Assembly (NCBI GenBank): GCA_019058315.1
Contig: JAHPZH010000004.1
Coordinates: forward strand, 224,001 to 288,000
Source of the DNA: Candidatus Helarchaeota archaeon
GTDB lineage: Archaea; Asgardarchaeota; Lokiarchaeia; Helarchaeales; RDOG01
DNA length: 64,000 nt
Direction: 5' to 3'
The notes under the pieces were generated by a model. It saw nothing but the letters and a program-made list of their open reading frames with translations, was not told the origin of the DNA and did not search any database. The translations under genes were made by a program, and so were the position numbers. Position 1 is the first letter of the stretch, and every line of letters starts with the position of its first letter. Shown in pieces: positions 1 to 12,895 of this stretch.

Positions 1-3000
1 CCAATATTTCCGTCTGGAATGAATGTGTTATTTCTAAATTGATAAGCCCCAGAAGGAGTCCCCGAAGGATCCGTGAAAATAGTAAATCGAGAATCATTTA
101 TCATTACAGAGGCAATATTAGATCCAGTTCCATCAGCGTTTCCACTTACGGATATAATTGCACCCACATCAACATCTCCATCTGATACAGGATCGGTAAT
201 TGTAATTGTTGGAAGGGTGTTATCTATATCAAACCAGCGAGTCGTTGAAGTAGTTAAACCTGCAGAATCAGTTACATTTACAAGAATTCCGATATTTCCA
301 TCAGGAATAAATGTGTTATTTCTAAATTCATATGCACCCGAAGGAGAACCCGAAGGATCTGTAAAGATAGTAAATCGTGAATCATTAATCATTACAGAAA
401 CTATGTTAGAGCCAGTTCCATCTGCATTTCCACTGATTGAAATAATTGCTCCAGTATCAATATCTCCGTTCGATGCAGGATCGGTAATTGTAATTGTTGG
501 AAGGGTGTTATCTACATCAAACCAGCGAGTCGTTGAAGTAGTTAGACCTGCAGAATCAGTTACATTTACAAGAATTCCGATATTTCCATCAGGAATAAAT
601 GTGTTATTTCTAAATTCATATGCACCCGAAGGAGAACCCGAAGGATCTGTAAAGATAGTAAATCGTGAATCATTAATCATTACAGAAACTATGTTAGAGC
701 CAGTTCCATCTGCATTTCCACTGATTGAAATAATTGCTCCAGTATCAATATCTCCGTTCGATGCAGGATCGGTAATTGTAATTGTTGGAAGGGTGTTATC
801 TACATCAAACCAGCGAGTCGTTGAAGTAGTTAGACCTGCAGAATCAGTTACATTTACAAGAATTCCGATATTTCCATCAGGAATAAATGTGTTATTTCTA
901 AATTCATATGCACCCGAAGGAGAACCCGAAGGATCTGTGAAGATAGTAAATCGTGAATCATTAATCATAACAGATACGATATTAGATCCGGTCCCATCGG
1001 CGTTACCACTTATGGATATTATGGTTCCTGTATCTATATCACCATCTGATGCAGGATCTGTTATTGAAATAGTCGGATAAGTATTATCTATATCAAACCA
1101 TCGAGTTGTAGAAGTGGTTAAACCTGCAGAATCAGTTACATTTACAAGAATTCCGATATTTCCATCAGGAATAAATGTGTTATTTCTAAATTCATATGCA
1201 CCCGAAGGAGAACCCGAAGGATCTGTGAAGATAGTAAATCGTGAATCATTAATCATAACAGATACGATATTAGATCCGGTCCCATCGGCGTTACCACTTA
1301 TGGATATTATGGTTCCTGTATCTATATCACCATCTGATGCAGGATCTGTTATTGAAATAGTCGGATAAGTATTATCTATATCAAACCATCGAGTTGTAGA
1401 AGTGGTTAAACCTGCAGAATCAGTTACATTCACCAAGATTCCAATATTACCATCTGGGATGAATGTGTTATTTCTAAATTCATAAGCTCCCGAGGGAGTC
1501 CCTGAAGGATCAGTGAAAATGGTGAACCGAGAATCATTAATCATAACAGAAGCAATATTAGAGCCAGTTCCATCAGCATTTCCACTTACGGAAATAATTG
1601 CACCCGTATCTATATCCCCATCTGATGAAGGATCAGTAATTGAAATTGTAGGATAGGTATTATCTATATCAGCCCATCGTGTGGTAGAAGTTGTCAAGCT
1701 TGCAGTATCGGTCACATTTACCATGATAGCAATATTACCGTCTGGTATAAATGTATTATTTCTAAATTCATAAGCCCCAGAAGGAGTTCCCGAAGGATCT
1801 GTGAAAATGGTGAACCGTGAATCATTAATCATTACTGATACAATATTAGATCCGGTCCCATCTGCATTGCCACTTATAGATATTATAGCTCCTGTATCAA
1901 CATCTCCATCTGAAGCAGGATCGGTAATTGTAATGGTTGGATATGTGTTGTCTATGTCAAACCAGCGCGTAGTAGGTGTAGTTAAACCAGCAGAGTCAGT
2001 TATATTAACTTTAATACCTATATTTCCATCTGGAATGTACGAATTGTTATTAAATGCATAGCTGCCTGATGGGGAACCTGATGGATCAATGAAGATTGTA
2101 AATCGGGAATCATTAATCAAAACAGATATAATATTAGAACCAGTGCCATCCACTGTCCCATTAATCCAAATAATGGCTCCTGTGTCAATGTCTCCATCAG
2201 AAGCAGGATCATTTATAGTGATAGTTGGGTAGATATTATCGACATCAAACCAGCGTGTAGCAGAAGATGTCAAACTAGCAGAATCTGTCACATTAACTTC
2301 GATAGCAATATTTCCTTCAGTAATATAAGAATTATTATTAAATGCGAAGCTTCCTGATGGAGAACCTGAGGGATCTGTGAATATCGTAAATCTAGAATCA
2401 TTAATCAAAACAGATACAATATTGGAGCCTGTACCATCCACTGTCCCGTTAATCCAGATAATAGTTCCTGTGTCAACATCTCCATTAGATGCGGGATCGT
2501 TAATTAAAATTGAAGGATTTGTATTATCTAGATTGAGCCAGCGTATAGCAGCAGATGTTAAACTAGCAGAATCCGTAATATTAACTTCGATTGAGATAAT
2601 TCCATCTGCTACATAAGAATTATTATTAAATGCGTAGTTTCCGGAAGGAGATCCAGATGGATCTATGATAAGTGTGAATCTGGAATCGTTAATCATCACA
2701 GAAGTAATATTTGAACCTGTTCCATCTACTGTTCCGTTTATCCAGATATCAGTGCCTGTAACTAAATCTCCATTTGAAGCAGGAACAGTAATTGAAATTG
2801 TGGGATATGTATTATCAATATCAAACCAACGAGTAGTTGAGACGGTCAAGTTAGCAGTATCTGTAATATTTACCTCAACCGCTATATTTCCATCTGGAAT
2901 GTAAGAATTATTATTGAACGTATAAATTCCGGAAGCAGATCCTGAAGGATCAACTGCTATAGTAAACCTCGAGTCATTTATCATAACTGATTGAATATTA

Positions 3001-6000
3001 GAACCAGTTCCATTTACAAATCCACTAATCGAAATAGTAGCTCCAGTATCTATATCGCCATCTGAAGTTGGATCCGTTATTGAGATTGTTGGATATGTAT
3101 TATCAATAATAAACCATCGAATTCTGTAATCTGAAAGGCCTCCTGAATTATTTAAGGTTATAGTAATAGCAACACGACCATCAGGAATAAAACTAATATT
3201 TTGAAATCCATAAACTCCGGATGGACTTCCAGAAGGATTAACTGTCAAAATAAATCGACTATCATTAATCCAAACTTGATCGATATTAGTCCCACCACCA
3301 TCAGCTGTTCCATTTATTGTAATATCAATTCCTGTATCTATAGCACTATCTGGAGAGGGATGATCAACGGTTACACTAGGCCCAATAATATATGTAAACC
3401 ATCGGGCTATAGAACCAGTTAATCCCACCGAATCGGTAACATTTACTTTAACCGCAACATTTCCAAGGGTAATAAAGCTATTATTACTAAAAGTAAAGGG
3501 ACCTGAAGAGCTTCCTACAGGATTTGTTGTTAAAGTAAATCTGGAATCATTTATTTGAACTGAGAAAATATTAGTTCCTGTTCCATCAACCCATCCATCG
3601 ACAGTAACACTACCCCCAGTATCGGTTGTACCATTTGGAAAGGGATGAGTTATAACAATAGTAGGATTTGTATTATCTAATATAAACCATCGAATCGCAG
3701 AAGTGGTTAAATAAGCAGAATCCGTGACATTAACCTCAATTGCAATAGTCCCATCTGTGATTAAGGTGTTATTATTAAATGCATAATTTCCTGATGGACT
3801 CCCTGATGGATCAGTGAAAATAGTGAATCGGGAATCATTAATCATTACAGACGAAATATCGGAACCTGTACCATCAGCTGTTCCATTTATCCATATAATG
3901 GCTCCTGTATCTAAATCTCCATTCGACGCTGGATCGGCAATTGAAATAGTAGGATAAGTATTGTCAATATCAAACCATCGTGTAGTAGAAGTAGTTAAGC
4001 CAGCAGTATCAGTAACATTTACGAGAACTCCTATATTTCCATCAGCAAGGTAAGTGTTATTTCTGAATTCATAAGCACCAGAAGGGGATCCTGAAGGATC
4101 TGTAAGAATTGTAAATCGTGAGTCGTTAATCATAACAGATACTATATTAGATCCCGTACCATCTGCATTTCCACTTATAGATATGATAGCTCCTGTATCC
4201 ACATCCCCATCAGAAACAGGATCAGTAATGGAGATAGTTGGATAAGTATTATCTACGTCAAACCATCGTGTAGTTGATGTTGTTAAACTAGCAGAATCCG
4301 TCACATTAACAAGAACTGCAACATTTCCATCCGGGATGAACGTGTTATTTCTAAATTCATAAGCTCCAGAAGGAGATCCTGATGGATCCGTAAAGATTGT
4401 AAATCGTGAATCATTAATCATGACAGATATAATATTGGAACCAGTTCCATCAGCGTTACCGCTTATGAATATTATGGCACCCGTATCTATATCTCCGTCA
4501 GAGGCAGGATCCGTAATCGTGATTGTAGGATATGTGTTATCAATATCGAACCATCTTGTTGTTGATGTTGTAAGGCCAGCAGAATCCGTCACATTCACAA
4601 GAACTCCAATATTTCCATCTGGAATGAATGTATTGTTTCTAAATTCATAAGCTCCAGAAGGAGTTCCTGATGGATCTGTAAAGATGGTAAAACGAGTATC
4701 ATTAATCATTACCGAAGCAATATTCGACCCAGTTCCATCTGCATTACCCCCTACTGATATAATAGCTCCGTTATCTATATCTCCATCAGAAGCGGGATCA
4801 GTAATTGAAATAGTCGGATAAGTGTTGTCAATATCAAACCATCTTGTATTTGATGTTGTCAATCCAGCAGAATCCGTTACATTAACAAGAATTCCTACAT
4901 TTCCATCTGCAAGATAGGTGTTATTTCGGAATTCATAAGCTCCAGAAGGAGTTCCAGAAGGATCTGTAAAGATAGTAAATCGTGAATCATTAATCAAAAC
5001 GGATACAATATTAGATCCAGTGCCATCGGCGTTACCGCTTATTGAAATAATGTTTCCAGTATCAATATCACCATCAGAAGCAGGATCTATTATTGAAATA
5101 GTTGGATAAGTGTTGTCAATATCAAACCATCTAGAAGTTGAAGTTGTAAGACCAGCAGAATCGGTTACATTAACAAGAACTCCTATATTTCCATCTGGTA
5201 TGAATGTGTTATTTCGGAATTCATAAGCTCCAGAAGGAGTTCCAGAAGGATCTGTAAAGATAGTAAATCGGGAATCATTAATCATAACAGAAACAATATT
5301 AGATCCCGTTCCATCGGCGTTACCGCTTATTGAAATAATTGCACCTGTATCAATATCCCCATCAGAAGCGGGATCTGTAATTGAAATAGTTGGATAAGTA
5401 TTGTCTATATCAAACCATCGAGTAGTAGAAGCAGTTAGACTAGCTGAATCAGTTACATTAACAAGAACTCCAATGTTACCGTCCGGAATATATGAATTAT
5501 TTCTAAATTCATAAGCTCCCGAAGGACTACCCGAAGGATCTGTAAAGATAGTAAATCGAGAATCATTGATCATAACAGAAACTATATTTGAACCAGTTCC
5601 ATCAGCATTGCCACTTATTGAAATAATAACTCCAGTATCAATGTCTCCGTCTGAAGCTGGATCGGTAATTGAAATGGTTGGTAATGTGTTGTCTATATCA
5701 AACCATCGAGTCGCTGACGTAGTTAATCCTGCAGAATCAGTCACGTTTACAAGAACCCCGATATTGCCGTCTGGAATAAATGTATTATTTCTAAACTCAT
5801 AAGCTCCAGAAGGAGAACCCGAAGGATCTGTGAAAATAGTGAATCGAGAATCATTAATCATAACAGAAGCTATATTAGAGCCAGTTCCATCAGCATTGCC
5901 ACTTATTGAAATAATAACTCCAGTATCAATGTCTCCGTCTGAAGCTGGATCGGTAATTGAAATGGTTGGTAATGTATTGTCTATATCAAACCATCGAGTC

Positions 6001-9000
6001 GTTGATGTGGTTAAGCCTGCAGAATCAGTTACATTAACAAGAACTCCAATATTACCGTCTGGTATGAATGTGTTATTTCTAAATTCGTATGCACCAGAAG
6101 GAGTTCCTGATGGATCTGTAAAGATTGTAAATCGTGAATCATTAATCATTACAGAAGCTATATTAGAGCCAGTTCCATCAGCATTGCCACTTATTGAAAT
6201 AATCACTCCAGTATCTATATCTCCATCAGATGCGGGATCTGTAATTGAAATGGTTGGTAATGTGTTGTCTATATCAAACCATCTAGTTGTTGATGTGGTT
6301 AAGCCTGCAGAATCGGTCACATTAACAAGAACACCTATATTGCCGTCTGGAATAAATGTATTATTTCTAAATTCATAAGCTCCAGAAGGAGAACCCGAAG
6401 GATCTGTGAAAATTGTAAATCTAGAATCATTAATCATAACAGAAGCAATATTAGAACCAGTACCATCTGAGTTTCCACTTACAGATATTATGGCTCCAGT
6501 ATCGATATCCCCATTAGATGCAGGATCTATTATTGAAATAGTGGGATAGGTGTTGTCAATATCAAACCATCTCGTAGTAGATGTGGTTAGTCCAGCAGAA
6601 TCGGTGACATTAACTAATACTCCAATATTTCCATCAGCAAGAAAAGTGTTATTGCGAAATTCATAAGCTCCAGAAGGAGTTCCAGAAGGGTTTGTAAAGA
6701 TTGTAAATCGTGAATCATTAATCATAACAGAAGCAATATTAGAACCAGTACCGTCTGCGTTTCCACTTATAGATATAATGACTCCAGTATCTATATCACC
6801 ATCTGATGTGGGATCGGTTATAGATATTGTTGGATAGGTGTTGTCAATATCAAACCAGCGAGTTGCAGATGTAGTTAATCCTGCTGAATCTGTTACATTC
6901 ACAAGGACTCCGATATTGCCATCAGCAATGAAAGTATTATTTCTAAATTCATAAGCACCAGAAGGAGTACCCGAAGGATCTGTGAAGATTGTGAATCTTG
7001 AATCATTAATCATAACCGATATAATATTAGATCCAGTACCGTCAACATTGCCACTTATTGATATTATGGTCCCAGTATCAGTAACCCCATCAGCAGTAGG
7101 ATCAGTTATTGAAATGGTGGGATAAGTGTTATCTATATCAAACCATCGTGTAGTAGAAGTAGTCAAACCAGCAGAATCTGTTATATTTACTAGAATTCCA
7201 ATATTGCCGTCAGCAAGAAAAGTATTATTTCTGAATTCATACGCCCCCGAGGGAGTTCCGGACGGATCTGTGAAAATAGTAAATCTAGAATCATTGATCA
7301 TGACCGAAACAATATTAGTTCCAGTTCCATCTGCATTTCCGCTAACTGATATTATAATACCAGTATCAATATCACCATCTGATGCGGGATCGGTTATAGA
7401 TATTGTAGGATAGGTGTTATCTATATCAAACCATCTTGTTGCTGAAGTAGTTTGACTTGCAGAATCTGTTACATTAACGAGAATTGCGATATTTCCATCG
7501 GGAATGAAAGTATTATTACGAAATTCATAGGCTCCAGAGGGAGTTCCTGATGGATCTGTAAAGATAGTAAATCTAGAATCATTAATCATTACAGATACGA
7601 TATTAGAACCTGTCCCATCCGCATTTCCACTTATAGATATAATTGCTCCAGTATCGACATCTCCATCAGAAGTGGGGTCAATAATCGATATTGTAGGATA
7701 AATATTATCAACATCAAACCATCGTGTGGTTGAAGTTATCAAGCCTGCGGAATCAGTTATATTTACAAGTACCCCGATGTTTCCATCTGAAATAAAAGTG
7801 TTATTTCTAAATTCATAAGCTCCCGAAGGACTACCCGAAGGATCTGTAAAGATAGTAAATCGAGAATCATTAATCATAACAGAGACAATATTTGACCCAG
7901 TCCCATCTGCATTTCCACTTATTGAGATAATAGCACCAGTATCTATATCACCGTCAGAAGCAGGATCTGTAATAGTAATTGTAGGATCTGTATTGTCTAT
8001 ATCAAACCATCTCGTGGTTGAAGTAGTTTGAGCTGCAGAATCAGTAACATTCACTAGGATCCCAATATTTCCATCTGGGATGAAAGTGTTATTCCTGAAT
8101 TCATAAGCTCCCGAGGGAGATCCGGAAGGATCTGTGAAAATAGTGAATCGAGAATCATTAATCATGACGGAAACAATATTAGATCCGGTTCCATCTGCAT
8201 TACCACTGATAGATATAATCGCACCAGTATCAATATCACCATCAGAAGTAGGGTCAGTTATAGAAATCGTAGGATATATGTTATCAATATCGAACCATCG
8301 TGTTGTTGATGTGGTTAAACCCGCAGAATCCGTCACATTTACTAAAACTGCAATATTACCGTCTGGTATAAATGTGTTATTCCTGAATTCATAAGCTCCA
8401 GAAGGAGATCCCGAAGGATCAGTGAAAATAGTGAATCGAGATTCATTAATCATTACTGATGCAATATTAGATCCAGTTCCATCAGCATTACCGCCTATTG
8501 ATATAATGGTTCCAGTATCTATATCACCATCAGAAGCAGGATCTGTTATTGAAATAGTGGGATCAGTATTGTCAATATCAAACCATCGAGTAGTAGAAGT
8601 TGTTAAACTAGCTGAATCTGTCACATTGACGAGAATTCCAATATTTCCGTCTGGTATGAATGTGTTATTTCTAAATTCATAAGCTCCAGAAGGAGAACCC
8701 GAAGGATCTGTAAAAATTGTAAATCGTGAATCATTTATCATAACAGAGACTATATTAGAACCAGTGCCATCGGCATTACCGCTTATTGATATAATGACCC
8801 CAGTGTCTACATCTCCATCCGAAGCAGGATCAGTAATAGTTATTGTAGGATTGGTATTGTCTATGTCAAACCACCTTGTAGCAGATGTTGTTAATCCTGC
8901 AGAATCGGTTACATTTACCAAAATTGCGATATTTCCATCAAGAATTAAGGTGTTGTTTCTAAATTCATACGCTCCTGAGGGAGTTCCAGACGGATCTGTG

Positions 9001-12000
9001 AATATAGTAAATCGAGAATCATTAATCATGACAGACGCTATATTAGATCCAGTACCATCTGTATTGCCGCTTATTGATATAATGGTCCCAGTATCTATAT
9101 CTCCATCAGATGCAGGATCGGTTATTGAAATGGTTGGATAAGTATTGTCTATATCAAACCAACGAGTTGTTGATGTGGTTAAGCTTGCGGAATCAGTCAC
9201 ATTAACAAGAACTGCTACATTTCCGTCTGGAATGAATGTATTATTTCGAAATTCATAAGCTCCAGAAGGAGAACCCGAAGGATCTGTAAAAATTGTGAAT
9301 CGTGAATCATTAATCATAACTGAGACTATATTAGAACCAGTGCCATCGGCATTACCACTTATTGATATAATGACTCCAGTATCTATATCTCCATCCGAAG
9401 CAGGATCAGTAATAGTTATTGTAGGATTGGTATTGTCTATGTCAAACCACCTTGTAGCAGATGTTGTCAATCCTGCAGAATCGGTTACATTTACCAAAAT
9501 TGCGATATTTCCGTCGGGAATGAATGTATTGTTTCTAAATTCATATGCACCAGAAGGAGTTCCCGATGGATCAGTAAAGATCGTAAATCGTGAATCATTA
9601 ATCATAACAGAAGCTATATTAGATCCAGTGCCATCCGCATTTCCACTTATTGATATAATGGTCCCAGTATCTATATCTCCATCAGATGCAGGATCAGTTA
9701 TTGAAATGGTTGGATAAGTATTGTCTATATCAAACCAACGAGTTGTTGATGTGGTTAAGCTTGCGGAATCAGTCACATTAACAAGAACTGCTACATTTCC
9801 GTCTGGAATGAATGTATTATTTCGAAATTCATATACTCCTGAAGGCGTTCCCGAAGGATCAATAAAGATTGTGAATCGTGAATCATTAATCATAACTGAA
9901 ACTATATTAGAACCAGTACCATCCACATTTCCACCTATTGATATAATAGTACCTGTATCAATATCACCATCAGAAGCAGGATCTGTTATTGAAATAGTGG
10001 GATCAGTATTGTCAATATCAAACCATCGAGTAGTAGAAGTTGTTAAACTAGCTGAATCTGTCACATTGACGAGAATTCCAATATTTCCGTCTGGTATGAA
10101 TGTGTTATTTCTAAATTCATAAGCTCCAGAAGGAGATCCTGAAGGATCTGTAAAAATTGTAAATCTAGAATCATTAATCAAAACAGATACGATATTAGAA
10201 CCAGTGCCATCGGCATTTCCACTGATTGAAATAATAGTACCTGTATCAATATCTCCATCAGATGCAGGATCTGTAATTGTTATGGTTGGGTATGTATTGT
10301 CAATATCAAACCATCTAGTTGCAGAGGTTGTCAAGCTTGCAGAATCAGTCACATTCACTAGGATTGCAACATTTCCGTCCGGAATAAATGTGTTATTTCT
10401 AAATTCATATGCACCAGAAGGAGTCCCTGATGGATCTGTAAAAATTGTAAAACGAGAATCATTTATCATTACTGATACAATGTTAGAACCTGTTCCATCC
10501 ACATTACCGCCAATTGAGATGGTGGTCCCAGTATCTATATCACCGTCCGATGCCGGATCTGTAATTGAAATGGTAGGATAGGTATTGTCTATATCAAACC
10601 ATCTTGTGGTAGAAGTTGTCAAGCTAGCGGAATCGGTTACATTAACTAGGATGGCAATATTACCGTCTGGGATGAATGTATTATTTCTAAATTCATAAGC
10701 TCCAGAGGGACTGCCCGAAGGATCAGTAAAGATAGTAAATCTAGAATCATTAATCATAACAGAAACTATGTTAGAGCCAGTTCCATCTGCATTACCACTG
10801 ATTGAAATTATCACCCCAGTATCAATATCTCCATCAGAAGCTGGATCTGTGATTGAAATGGTAGGATAGGTATTGTCTATATCAAACCATCGAGTAGTAG
10901 AAGCAGTTAGACTAGCTGAATCCGTCACATTGACGAGAATTCCAATATTTCCGTCCGGAATGAATGTGTTATTTCTAAATTCATAAGCTCCAGAGGGACT
11001 GCCCGAAGGATCAGTAAAGATAGTAAATCTAGAATCATTAATCATAACAGAAACTATGTTAGAGCCAGTTCCATCTGCATTACCACTGATTGAAATTATC
11101 ACCCCAGTATCAATATCTCCATCAGAAGCTGGATCTGTGATTGAAATGGTAGGATAGGTATTGTCTATATCAAACCATCGAGTAGTAGAAGCAGTTAGAC
11201 TAGCTGAATCCGTCACATTGACGAGAATTCCAATATTTCCGTCCGGAATGAATGTGTTATTTCTAAATTCATAAGCTCCAGAGGGACTGCCCGAAGGATC
11301 AGTAAAGATAGTAAATCTAGAATCATTGATCATAACAGAAACAATATTAGATCCCGTGCCATCTGCATTTCCGCTTATTGAAATAATAGCTCCAGTATCA
11401 ATATCTCCGTCTGAAGCTGGATCGGTAATTGAAATGGTTGGATAAGTATTGTCTATATCAAACCATCGAGTCGTTAATGTGGTTAAGCCTGCAGAATCAG
11501 TTACATTAACAAGAACTCCAATATTTCCGTCCGGTATGAATGTGTTATTTCTAAATTCATAAGCTCCAGAAGGAGATCCCGAAGGATCTGTAAAAATTGT
11601 AAAACGGGAATCGTTGATCATGACTGATACGATATTGGAACCAGTACCATCAGCATTTCCACTAATTGAAATAATGGTCCCAGTATCAATATCTCCATCA
11701 GAAGCAGGATCTGTTATTGTTATTGTTGGATATGTATTATCTATATCAAACCATCGTGTTGTTGATGTGGTTAAACCCGCAGAATCCGTCACATTTACTA
11801 GAACTGCAATATTACCGTCTGGTATAAATGTGTTATTCCTGAATTCATAAGCTCCAGAAGGAGATCCCGAAGGATCTGTAAAAATTGTAAAACGAGAATC
11901 ATTTATCATTACTGATAAAATATTAGATCCAGTACCATCGGCGTTTCCACTAATTGAGATAATAACACCAGTATCTATATCACCGTCTGATGCGGGATCT

Positions 12001-12895
12001 GTTATTGTTATTGTAGGATCTGTATTATCTATATCAAACCAGCGTGAAGCGGTTGTTGTTAAGCTCGCTTGGTCAGTTACATTAACTTGAATTGCCACAT
12101 TTCCATCGGGGATATATGTATTATTTCTAAATTCATAAGCTCCAGAAGGAGATCCCGAAGGATCTGTAAAAATTGTAAAACGGGAATCGTTGATCATGAC
12201 TGATACGATATTGGAACCAGTACCATCAGCATTTCCACTTATTGATATAATAGCTCCAGTATCTATATCACCATTTGAAGCTGGATCAGTTATTGTTAAG
12301 GACGGAAGTGTATTATCTATATCAAACCATCGAGTAGCGGATGTTGTTAATCCGGCTGTATCTGTTACGTTCACTAGAATTGCGACATTCCCATCAGGAA
12401 TAAAAGTATTATTTCGGAATTCATATGCTCCTGAAGGAGTTCCTGAAGGATCTGTAAAAATTGTAAAACGAGAATCATTTATCATTACTGATACAATATT
12501 TGAACCTGTTCCATCAGCGTTGCCGCTTACGGAAATTATAGCCCCCGTATCTATATCTCCATCAGATGCGGGATCTGTTATTGATATCGTAGGTGGTGTA
12601 TTATCTATATAGAACCAGCGAATAATAGAAGAAGTTAAACCTGATGAATCTGTAATATTTATTTTAATTGCAATATATCCGTCTGCAATATAAGATGAAT
12701 TTCTAAATTCATAATTTCCGGAAAGGCTTCCTGAGGGATCCAGAAATATATTAAAATTAGAATTATTAATCTGAATAGATGTGATTTCAGTTCCGGTTCC
12801 ATTGGCAAATCCACTGATTGAAATTATAACCCCCGTATCAATGGAACCATTAGATGCGGGATCTGTAACTGTAATAGTAGGATTAATCGAATCCA
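1..12895 (-). repeat. 288-bp (96-aa) intragenic tandem repeat array, 44 complete units plus one partial
   Basis: The RWF motif (aaacca..g on +) recurs every 288 nt from about 234 to 12615, with a single 285-nt step near 3390. Confidence 0.95.

Noticed and set aside
73-12612. About 20 plus-strand repeat ORFs (MKIVNRESLII...)
   Set aside because: These are antisense shadows of the giant minus-strand gene. They are broken by stops at recurring repeat positions, while the minus frame stays open and has a signal peptide.
1-12895. 288-bp array as a CRISPR, satellite or DGR
   Set aside because: There are no unique spacers, variation is mostly synonymous in the coding frame, and no reverse transcriptase is present in the window.
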